DNA of 61,613 nt, the filler included, from Hausera hauseri (taxonomy: Eukaryota), in the NCBI GenBank assembly GCA_046269625.1. It is 12 parts of 12 records of this genome, joined end to end, with 100 filler letters (N's around TTAATTAATTAA, not from the genome) between each part and the next. Parts side by side here need not be neighbours in the genome. Positions count along the whole stretch, not along the records: positions 9,942 to 14,254 come from JBJURY010641219.1; positions 14,355 to 20,297 come from JBJURY010165420.1; positions 20,398 to 25,760 come from JBJURY010270508.1; 9 more parts are not named here. One strand, 5' to 3'. The position numbers and the translations under genes were made by a program. The first letter of the stretch is position 1; each line of letters opens with the position of its first letter. The notes below the pieces were generated by a model that was given only the letters and a program-made list of their open reading frames with translations, did no database searches and was not told the DNA's origin. Positions 11,972 through 22,949 of this stretch are shown here, piece by piece.

Positions 11972-13992
11972 CTTCCAAATGACCCCCGATGGGTCCCTCC
12001 TCAGACAGCATCGATTTCGCCAGACGGGGATAATGTGGTGCTCATCTTAGCCCACGTAAAAACAAAAAATTATGTATATGTATATATTTTATTTTTGAAC
12101 CGCTGTGTATACACTTTTACTTTAAACACTTGTTTTAATATTCAATAGATGATGTTGTATTTTGAAAATTGCTCCGATTTTTCATAATTCTTCAAGAAAA
12201 TAGAAATGACAGATTTTCACAATGTATGTTGGGCGTAGCTGAAAATAATTGTTTGTTGTCAATGTCTGATGATGGACGATTTTATATTTTAACATTACAT
12301 CAGTCTAATCCCATACGCACAGTTAATTCGAATTCTGAACAAAATTTCTTGTTTATCAGGTATTACCATAAATGTATTATTATTTACAACGTTATAAAAA
12401 TAACTTTTTAGACGTGGTAAAATAATTTATATAATGTTCATAACTTTTGTTGAAGTATTCATAGCTTTGTCCTGGCAGGGCGTCGAATGTCGACATATAG
12501 AATTATCAAAATGTTTCAAATCTATAGCCATAACAATGCTGTGGTAATTTTATGAATCATGGAAATTCGACAAATAATTTATATAATACAATTTGCAATT
12601 CTGAATAAACAAAGTTTAATTCAAAATTTCTAACAAGGAACACTATTGGGATGTCTGTAAATGTCTGCAGATATCATTATTATAAGAATTCTACCAAAAT
12701 TTAGCTGCCTTAATTCATTTGAAAGTAAGAAAGTTTGATTTAAAAATATTTAAGAGATTTGTTTAAATTATTTCAATAACTTAATGTTAATGTATTGAAA
12801 TTATAGAACTATTTTACAGTGTTGACAAAAGGTAGATATGCAAATTTCTAAAAATGTGCACAAAAGGTCTACTTTAAATATGGAATTTCCGAGCACAATT
12901 TTTGAAATTTGTACATAAAGTGAGAATTTGAAGTTCTTCGATGAAGTTTTGCCAAAAATTCAGATTTAGTGTGTTGATGTGTCTTCATGATTTGATCATT
13001 ATCCATATGTAATACAATACTATTGATGCGTGCAAATTAATCATCAATAATCAATGACAAATATATCATACGCATTAAATCCGAAATTCTATGAATCAAT
13101 ATATTGCGTATTGTTATTCAACATTTGAGCATTTCATAATCTAGTTATTCACAAAATTTATTGACAGAACGTTGCCAACGCCATTAATTACGAATACACG
13201 AGTTTCTGAGGAACAAGAAAATGTCTATCATTTAATGTCTATAAAATATGTTAATTGATTTCAATTTTATTGGACGCTATAAACGTGTGTTACATTAATA
13301 CACCATCTCGAAATGAAGTTCCTTTTATTATTCCAATCAAAATAAAAACAACAACCCATGCCAAGTAAAATGACGTTTGTAATAAATCATTTAATTGATA
13401 AGTATTATTTTGCATTTACAAATAAAATTAAAACTACGGTTGCGGTAGGGAGTAGAAATTATATGAAAAATGTCTGAATAACGATGTATTTGAAAATCTT
13501 TGTTATCACAAAATTATCAACAACTCGGTCAGTTCGTATAGTTAGCTATTAATAATGTCAGGGTCTTTTAAAGGCGTGTATAGTAGGGGTATATAACTTC
13601 ACATATTTGAAATGAAATAAAAAATGCAATGCAACATACAATGAGGTTTTATAAAAGAAATGCGAAATAAGTATTAACTTTATGCAGTGTTACAAAAACT
13701 GCCCACAGCTAGCACGTTTAAGTTTTTAATTATTTAAAGTTATACACTATAGTTCATGTCAGTTTCAAAGTCGTTCTCCAACAGAATAATAATAGTATTT
13801 CTGGACTGTTGAAAAATTGTATCTGTAGATCGTCAGTGAAAAATATTTTTCGATTAAGAATAAAGTTAAGCCAAAATAAATAAATCGCAGGTATTTCTGT
13901 ATCTGATATGTGGAAGTTCTTTAGGAGCAACATGTAGTGGTATATTAAACGATAAGTCTTTTCGAAGATAATGATGTTGCGAGTTATTTGGT

Positions 13993-14027
13993 TCTGATAT
14001 TTCGATCTTGCTAAGATCTTCCTCAGA
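13993..14027 (-). ncRNA. Minimal hammerhead-ribozyme-like motif in Penelope terminal repeat
   Basis: UCUGAGGAA-GAUCUU(AGC)AAGAUC-GAAA-UAUC-AGA: perfect stem II, GAAA, palindromic AUAU stem III, 80 nt after the PLE stop codon. Confidence 0.6.
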
Positions 14028-14107
14028 GTATGTACTTTTTCGGTTTTGGTGTTTGTATATGAGTTCATTTTTTTATGTTTATCTTTTCGTTCGTTTTTAT
14101 TGGATCT

Positions 14108-14254
14108 TCAGAACAATATACTGTTTGTGTCGCAGATTTCCTGTTTGACGTTTAGTTCAGGTTTGGATCTTTTTATTTGGATGGCCTCTTTGATCCTTAG
14201 ATTAATCTGGTCTCTTGCCGTGTCCAGTACCTCGGTTGAGAATTTTGAGTTACA
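14108..14254 (-). mobile_element. Penelope-like element GIY-YIG endonuclease C-terminus
   Basis: FSTEVLDTARDQINLRIKEAIQIKRSKPELNVKQE matches the L.IKEA..I....P.LN motif; open to contig end. Confidence 0.75.
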
Positions 14255-15164
14255 NNNNNNNNNNNNNNNNNNNNNNNNNNNNNNNNNNNNNNNNNNNNTT
14301 AATTAATTAANNNNNNNNNNNNNNNNNNNNNNNNNNNNNNNNNNNNNNNNNNNNGTTTTTAAAGGACAGTAGCATGTACTAGTTATAGTATGATGTTTAA
14401 TACCAACATTTTGGAGACAAGACACTCAGAATGATGATTAATAATGCACACACGGCTATGCTGGTTTTCGTAACTTTAATATTGTTTCAATCATTTTTCT
14501 TTTCATGTGGGAGATAAAAAGGATGCAATTTGGTTTTTAAAAGCAGGATATGAATACGTGTGACTTTTTGTCACAATTAGTAAATTATAATTGTGACGAC
14601 GTCATTTTGTCACATTCGGTGTTTGTCAGACATCGTTCAATATGCTTGTTATAACAGTACAAAACATTGTGTAGGATGTGAAATCAAGGCGCTGGTACTG
14701 AATTCAGAGTGAAAGTGACAATGAAAAAGATACAAGTCTACGAGGTGACCATTACTCTGAAGGTCTTTCTGGAATCTGATTCAAGTTAGACTGTACGAGA
14801 GCTACCGTTAATACCACAGACAGTTTTATGTCATTCCTTAAGTCTGATGAAATCATTACAACTGAGAGTAAATTTGATCAATTAAACCAAGTGACTGAAC
14901 AGCCAAGAACCTCGAAAAACTGTGCTCAAACGACAAAGAAGACTTGGGTAAGATGAATGGGATAGGCCATGAAACTCTCCTTACTGTGTAAAATAAGACA
15001 ATCAGAGAGTTTCAAAAGTTGCTTGATTTACACAGACAAGGTTGAGCAAAGGCGTGCGGTTGTTGATGATAAAAACTTTGATGAATTTACTTTCCTTCAT
15101 CAAATTTTGTACACATAACCGACCGATTCTTCTGTAACAAATGATTATTTATTAATTATTAATA

Positions 15165-15462
15165 AAGAGGGGAATAATGAAGAAGTACCCAAAATAAAAT
15201 TGAACAATAAAAAACATTCTTAAAATCAAGAGGGGAATAATGAAGAAGTACCCAAAATAGAATTGAACAATAAAAACATTCGTAAAATCAAAAAAGGGAA
15301 TAATGAGGAAGTACCCAAAATAGAATTAAACAATAAAAAACATTCGTAAAATCAAAGAAGGGAATAATGAAGAAGCACCCAAAATAGAATTGAACAATAA
15401 AAAACATTCGTAAAATCAAGAGGGGAATAATGAAGAAGTGCCCTAAATAGAATGGAACAATA
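15165..15462. repeat. Tandem repeat, about 62-64 bp unit, about 5 copies
   Basis: ggggaataatgaagaagtacccaaaatagaattgaacaataaaaaacattcgtaaaatcaa repeated. Confidence 0.92.
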
Positions 15463-16199
15463 ATAAAGAAAATATTAGAAAAACGACTAGAAGAATGATA
15501 AATATGTACCAAAAAGCATCATTATCATCATCAGTTGTAATCAGAAGTACCAATCAAAATAAAATTCCGGAATATTTGTACAGTTATATGAAGACACATT
15601 CGAAAGTGATGTTCAACAATTTAATAACCAAGAAAATAATTGAATGACTGTCATTTACAATTTTCTCTTTTCGTGAATTTTCATTGAATTTATTTATTTC
15701 ACGTTGTCCAATTTAATAAGCATAACAATTTTCCCAATGATATTCAGTTTTAGCTTAATTGAACTATATAGTCCGATTTTATAATAGACATTTTGACACA
15801 AATTTTTTACTGATGAACTGTAAGAAAATATTCCATTTTAATTCGTTGAATTACAAAGAATAGCAATTTACATTTGATAATAAACAAAGTAACACAAACA
15901 AAATCAATTTCATAAATCAAAACATTGTTAAAATTTAATACAAGAAAAGAAGGCTTTATGAGGTTTATCGACACCGATTCGATATCAGATCAAAAAATAG
16001 TAAAATAAATTCAGATATGATAACTTCCGAATTGAAACAAAAGTGTATCAAAATATCACTGCGTAATAAAACTACATCAAAAAGAAAATCTAAAATGTCA
16101 TCGATAAAATGGACAAAACATTTGAGAAAATGAGCTTGACATCGAATTCATTCCAGAAAGTTTATGTTTAATTTTTCGTTGACATTGATTTTTGAAAAA

Positions 16200-16540
16200 C
16201 TAAAAAGTGTTAACCTCGATTTACCAATAATTGACACAATTACCTTAACGAATTCATCATAGGTAATGTATCCATTGTGATCTTCAGCGTCGACTGGTTT
16301 CTCAACAAACGGTTTATGAATAACGTGGCCATTCACCTATAAAATGTAACAAAAATCCCGCAAACTTCATTACCTCAATTGCATCGTCTACTTCAACAAC
16401 TTCAATGTCAAAATTGTCTCGATCAACGAAAATATGTGTTGGCACTGGTATGCCATGACTTTCCAACAATTCATAAACTTTTTTACGATTAAGCAATAAA
16501 TAATAAACTAAATTGAAACAAATTACCTGCTGCATAGGCA
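16200..16540 (-). pseudogene. PPIP5K: PPIP5K/VIP1 kinase-domain exon fragments ending in an EF-hand-like tail
   Basis: LLNRKKVYELLESHGIPVP...DDAIE|VNGHVIHKPFVEKPVDAEDHN; GT-AG mini-introns 16337-16373 (37 nt) and 16215-16243 (29 nt). Confidence 0.75.
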
Positions 16541-17065
16541 ACAATTAACACCAGTAATATTGCTTTTATTAACATCTGAATAATAAAATTTAATTAAATA
16601 ATCTCAAATATTTTGTTAACATAACATTTACACGATATAACATATAATTATGTAAGCAAAAACGCAAATAAAAGTTAATTGCATTAATTTCCCAACATCA
16701 AAGATATTACGATTAACAAAACTCCGTAAGACATAAAAAACTTCCGGTAACTTCTAAACCACAATCATCCATAAACTTTTAACTTTCGAAATTCCCGTAA
16801 TTTCATGTGGGTGCACGTTCGGGTTTTTATTTGATGCATGTGTAATTGTAAAGGAAAACTAATTTCACCCTTCAGCCAAGAAATAATTGAAAAGCAATTG
16901 TATTTTATTGTAAAAGAAAATTGAAATTGTTGTATTACGTCATACGAAAACATGCATAAGTAACATCAAATAATATACCTCCTTTAGCTAAATTGGAACA
17001 AAAATAAATCCATTAAATAACACGATGAACAACAAATCGAAAGAAAAGAATAAACTACTACTTAC

Positions 17066-17301
17066 AAATTTCATCAGCCGTTTCCCTTACTTCAGTTATA
17101 GTTTTAGCAACTTTAAATCCCGGTACATTGACTCCATTTTTTATTAACAATTCCATTGCTAAATATTCGTGAATGTTCAGATATCGGCATGGGACTTTAT
17201 TCTTAATCTACAGTTAAATACCACAATATTGTTAGAAAACATCACACGAGTAAGGATTGAAATTTTGAAAAGTTGATCAATTTACTGGTAAAGATATTCA
17301 T
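17066..17301 (-). pseudogene. SUCLA2: Succinyl-CoA ligase beta subunit, first two exons only
   Basis: MNIFTSKLINFSKFQSLL|IKNKVPCRYLNIHEYLAMELLIKNGVNVPGFKVAKT; 40-nt intron 17208-17247; next expected exon (KAQVLAGGRGKG) not found. Confidence 0.75.
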
Positions 17302-18043
17302 AACCTAAGAATTTACGCAGAAAAATCAAAACAAAAACTACTTATAAAATTATAATTTAAGCATGCATTGCTTATTCATATGGTTAAAAGCGCCATATAT
17401 GTCAACATTTGTTTCAACAGTCAATCTATTAATGTTAAGTAGGCTGATTCTGTCTTATTGTAATTTTAACTATGTTAAATTTGTCATATTGTAAGGCAAA
17501 TCAGTGTACAATTGTGTGAATATGACAGGTTTCATGAAACATCGATTAACTGTTTATTTCATTTGAATTATTAAAATAATATATAAATAAGGTATCAAAA
17601 AAATCTAAATGAAATAAACATCTAATGGGTATCATTATATTACTGAATGGACGATACTGCACAGAATGATCAGAAAAACTAAAATGGGGGTGAATTTAAA
17701 CAAAATAGTGATGAGATTTTTCTTTTATTCTCGCGTTTAAATTATATATACTAGTGCATGTAATCTAATGCATGTGTTTCGAAACATCAGTTTTACAAAA
17801 ATGATAAGGCTAGAAACATTTGTTTCCATGAAACATTCAGCTTGAATATGACCTATAAAATAATTCCGATTATGGCAAAATTCATAAAATCACAAACCTG
17901 AAATGAAGTAATGCTGCAATTGAATTAACACTGGTGTGACAAAATTCCACTAGTGAAATGTCACATACCAAATGGGATACTCAAGGGCGATTCGGGGATG
18001 AATTCCCTCTATGAAATTTGAAAAAGTTTTACATTTTTTGCAG

Positions 18044-19378
18044 GTGTATTCAGGAAACTTGTTGCGGTTGCCAAAAAACCGAAGTGCACTTCAGTAGGGC
18101 TGTGGGCTCGTTCAATTTCCAACCATCTATATTGGACTGCAGCTACCAGTGGTGGGAATGCAGACACGGCCGTGCAGAAATGGACTTCTGTGGCTCGTCA
18201 TGTATGCAACATTCACGAGGGCCATGTAGATCTTTTTCTGAGATGTCAGCATGGAGCCATTGAGAGACAGTGGGTGGAGAAAGGTGGGTACATACAATAA
18301 ATGTTTGTGGAGTCATCTGCTACTACAGTTTGGGTATCAGAAAAACAGTGTCTCATACCCTAACCTCTGGATGTTACATTGTGTGTTGGCAGGCAGCAGA
18401 GCCCAAAAAGCTATAGAGGAAGTTGTACTGAGCACCAGGCTGCTGAAGGATGTCCGTCAGCTGTCCCCTGCAGAGCAGACATCATGCCTGGAATCGTTTC
18501 ACAATGTGGTCTGCTTCTTCGCAAGTAAACATGGACATTTTTTTCATCTATCAACGGAAGCAAGGTATGCACAGTTTGCTCAGCTGATTCAAAATTAGAA
18601 CAGGAACTGTACTCAGTTCATTACAGCACGGATAGAACTGTTACTTTTCTTAACAAAATTACCATTTTTATTTCACTTAAGGCTTATTAAATTATTTTTG
18701 GAGGTTTCAGTGTTTCTTTCTAGCTTTGTGTAAGACTGGGACTTTTATATTGTGCTTGCAGAGTTATTTTGGCAGCCCTCCACTTCAATGAGAATGTGGC
18801 AAAGGAGCAGGCAAGAATAAAACAAGATGGTGCCCCGCAGTGGAAGGTTTCATATCCAAAATATAAGAATGGTGGTGCTGTGGTTAAGCCAGTGAAGGAG
18901 CCTGTCATATATGGTGAGATTATTTCTATTGTGTGTATCTAGTCTTTCAAAACAAACACCAGCCTTAGTTTCTACACACGTTATCTAGATCTACAATTAA
19001 GATGGACACCAATTTGAAAATGTGAAATTCTTCAGCATTTATGTAATACAAGAATATCAATTGTATCCTGGTCACAGATATCCTCTCTAGGCAGGGAATC
19101 ACCCAATTTCTTAGGTTTAGTTTGTTTATTCTGTAACTTGTGTTCTTTTAAGTCTGTTTTCACAAATGTGGTAGGCATTTTCTTGTTCTGTCATTCCAGA
19201 CTATGCCAGAGAGCTGATGGAACTTGCGTGGCAGATGCGGCTGGAGTTTCCCTCATATGCAGAAAGTCTGGTCCCTGAAACTGCGGTTCCGCCCGTCACC
19301 TCAAGACTTGAGAAAGTTCTGAAGACTGAAGCCATAGCTGCCCACAAGTCACGATTCAACAATACACAACTGATGTGA
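18044..19378 (+). mobile_element. Kolobok-type (KolobokP-like) transposase, last four exons
   Basis: Exons 18044-18283, 18393-18564, 18762-18913 and 19200-19378 splice to ...NHLYW...KWTSVARHVCNIH...LLKDVRQLSPAEQTSCLESFH...LAALHFNEN...HKSRF. Confidence 0.7.
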
Positions 19379-20397
19379 CATTATAATCTAAAAATAAATG
19401 AGTAAATAAAAATTTAATGTTATATGTATTTGTTGTATTTCCATACTATATGAGAAGGTATTTTTTTGACTAAATCTATGAATATCTAAAATTACATATT
19501 GGGTAAAGACTTTTTTGTGTCCTGAAAAATAAGTTTAGCGAGGTCTCAAAAGATTAACAAAAAGGAGAAAAACATTTTCACACCAGCAGAAATGAACAGT
19601 TACTATATTTTGACCATACGGTTTTCTTCAGGCACGGTAGGTACAAAATGTAAACCTAGCACTACATATTTATGTAAGATAACCCACTGCTGTCACCTAT
19701 ATTTTCCCAATGTTGACATTATAGAACAACTGAAAAATTGCATGTATTTGTGTTTTTAAATGAGGTTAATGTTTCCTCTTTTCCATAACATCTGTGGACT
19801 TTAGTGTGATGTTATGGTAATTTTTTTTTTTTCTCTGCTGTTGTCTGCCTTCAGCAGGCAACATTTTATTGTGTAGCTGGATTTTTTTTTTTTATCATTT
19901 GTAGATTTTTATCTGCCTCTCTAGTGCAGTGCTTTTTTCATGTTCCAAAGATGTTCTTTCAAAATGGTGTTGTACAATACATTTGATTCTGACACATGGC
20001 CACATTTTTTGTTTCATTTGTTTAAAAAAAAGAAAAAAACTTTTATTCCTTAGTTGAACTTTTTGTGTCAGTAGTCAAAAAAGACATCCTGGCTAATGCT
20101 GGGGTGGATCACCACAGTCCCCTGCAGTATTGGAGCAGTAATGATGATTGCACCTGGGGTGAAAGAGGAGCCATAATAGTGGGACTGATGCTCTGTATGA
20201 GTCCCTGGATGCATGAGAGCCATTACTTCACTAGTTTGTTTAGTTGAAGGGTCAACATTTTCGTACATGGATATATATCCATAAGTGCTCCATTCTANNN
20301 NNNNNNNNNNNNNNNNNNNNNNNNNNNNNNNNNNNNNNNNNTTAATTAATTAANNNNNNNNNNNNNNNNNNNNNNNNNNNNNNNNNNNNNNNNNNNN

Positions 20398-20707
20398 AAA
20401 GGTCTTTCTGAGAATTACAATACTCCTGCCATAGACCTTTGCATTCACCTTTTAGCAGCATGTCGAATGCAAATAAGAGATCGATTGTATTAAACGTTTC
20501 AAAGTCTTTTGTATCCTCAAGCCACATTATCGCATCCTGATTTCGACCATTAAAGAATGGTGGCTTTGGGGCCAAAACATCTTGAGCACTTTGAGGCAAT
20601 AACGAAAAAATTTTTCGTTTTTTCTCTGCTTGCTTCGCTGTTAACGTACAGATTTCAGATTTCATATCACTGATGTGATCGATAGTAAGAGAACTAGAAG
20701 ACTCCAT
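20398..20707 (-). CDS. Retrotransposon Gag N-terminal fragment
   Basis: PPFFNGRNQDAIMWLE...LLKGECKGLW matches the capsid NTD pattern; open to contig end. Confidence 0.65.
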
Positions 20708-21262
20708 ATCAATTTATATCTCTAAGACATTATTTAAACAAATTATCACATTTTCTAACTTTAAATATATCGGGGAAACTATACAAGTGCATCAGTGGAC
20801 TAACCTGTACGTCTAAAAACTTTACTTTCGTTATTTTGGTTCTGTGCAACAAACCTTTTCAGAATATTAACTATCATAATACTTTTTGCCTAAATATTAA
20901 TTTTTATTTGAAACCGCGTTTTTATACTACATCGATAAACAATAAAACATATTGAACATATTGCCCTTGTGTTATTGAGATTCCATTTTACTTTCGATTA
21001 TTTTAATGAATTTTATCTACATAAATTATTAGGCCAAATTTCATAGAACAAAATTTTTTTAGTTTGATTCGGCCAGGAAGTTTGTTTAAATATTGCGCAT
21101 TTTATGCACAATTTGACTTTTGAATTTATTTGTTTCAAATATTCCTTGACTCACGAACTAACAGCATATTTTTAAATCTTCAAAAATTTAATTTAAAATC
21201 AATTTTTGTGGATTTGACATTTGACTTCAGTAATTTAATTTGCAATTTTAATTATATTAAGA

Positions 21263-22209
21263 TAATTAAATTCCATATATAGTGATTACGTAAATTCTTC
21301 AACAGTTTGATTTTTACAATATTTTAGGAAATTAAATGCTACAATTAATCAACCGTTGAAGGTTCAGAAGAATTAATTTAATAATTATATTATATGGGAC
21401 AATCATTCTTAAACCCTATTAATCAATGGTAATATTCGATTTCTCAAAGACGAGCTACAGTGTGTTACGGTTGCGACGAATGTCAAAACAGTATTATGAT
21501 ATATGAAATGATATGACTGGTTCGAAAGTATTACGAGGAAAATGCTTAGTAGTGGATAATTTTTACTTGAAATGATTTTATAAGAATTCTATTGTAGGAA
21601 GGCGATTCAACTGTTGGTAAATGCTTTAGCACAAATCTTTGGCAGTGACGGTCAAAATGTAATGAAACATTAAATGGTTTTTTATATTAATTCTACTGTT
21701 ATTATCATTAGTTAGACAAGTGGCATTGAAATTCTCACAAAATTAGTTACCGTTGTTGAAACTCAATTTACCGTTGTACGATTTTTGTTTTGTAATCAAT
21801 TGGTCAATTGAATTTATAAATTTACTATTTACGACTGTGCCGGCCAGGGATGATTCTTTTCACTCGTTCGGAAATCGGTAAATACGTTAGATTTTCAATT
21901 AATTATGTTAATTATATGTGAATTATCGTGTGTACCGCTGGGTGTTTTGACTTTAATTTTTGAATGATTTTGTGTTTCTGAGCCACTGTTTTGACATTCG
22001 TCGCAACCGTAACACACTGTAGCTTGCCCTTGAGAAATTGAACATTACCATTGATTAAGAGGGTTTAAGAATGATTGTCCCGTATAAAATAATTTTTAAA
22101 ATTCTTCTGAACCTTTAACGGTTGATTAATTATAGCATTTAATTTTCTGAAATATTGTAAAAATCAAACTTGAAGAATTTACGTAATTAGTCTGTAGGGA
22201 ATTTAATTA
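21263..22209. mobile_element. Non-coding foldback/MITE element with about 230-bp terminal inverted repeats
   Basis: 21263-21492 is the reverse complement of about 21985-22209 (e.g. ctacagtgtgttacggttgcgacgaatgtcaaaacagt / actgttttgacattcgtcgcaaccgtaacacactgtag). Confidence 0.88.
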
Positions 22210-22949
22210 AGCAAAATTTATGGATGACAATTTACAATTATTGTTTCAAAAATCTTATTAATAATATTTAATGCGTTTATTCTAAAGTTGCGAATTTACG
22301 CGATGGCTATATAGAAATTTGTTAAGAATGTTCATCTAAATGGAATGAAATGTTCTGCAACATTTTTTTACTTTGTTTTTGTATGTTCCTGTAGAATAAT
22401 TTGTTGGCCGTACTGATGTTGTTACATTATAAATTAAAATGATGTATTGAAATTTGTCAGGACACATCAGAAAATTGAACGCTCGATATGTTCATTTTTA
22501 TGTGCTTGTTCTTTTATTCATTATGCCGATAAGAACAATTGTTTTTATTGCTGGTTTTAGAAATCCAGTCTTTGAAATTCTTTCTGTGATCCGTCAATTT
22601 TGCCGTGCTTTATATTTGTCTTCATATTTTGAGGATTGTACCGCAATATCATTATTAGTCTGTTATTAAAACCAAAATCATTGGTAGATGACGCACTAGG
22701 TACTTCTTAAATACATCTGCTTGTATAATTTATTTATAATTTAGTATTGCACTTATTTAAATATCTTAAAATGCTCGATTTCCTAAGCTTTCTTGATTCA
22801 TAATTTCGAATAACATTCTGTCTGCAAATTTTTTGAATAAGACGTTTAAAATACTGTTTTTCTATTACTAGGTGAATTAGTCATATTCCAAAGTGGTTTG
22901 TCTAATTATTTTCGTTACTTGTTTTTTCTCGGAAATAGAAAAGCTTTGA

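Larger units (their letters stand above)
10854..12221 (+). mobile_element. Complete non-autonomous LTR retrotransposon (TRIM-like, gag-derived interior)
   Basis: LTRs 10854-11057 and 12034-12221 (TGTG...CACA); 5-bp TSD ATGTA (10849-10853 / 12222-12226); PBS 11059-11076; purine tract AGACGGGGATAA before the 3' LTR. Confidence 0.93.

Noticed and set aside
15165-15462. CRISPR-like array (also 3797-4071)
   Set aside because: Units repeat in full with no unique spacers, there are no cas genes, and the context is eukaryotic
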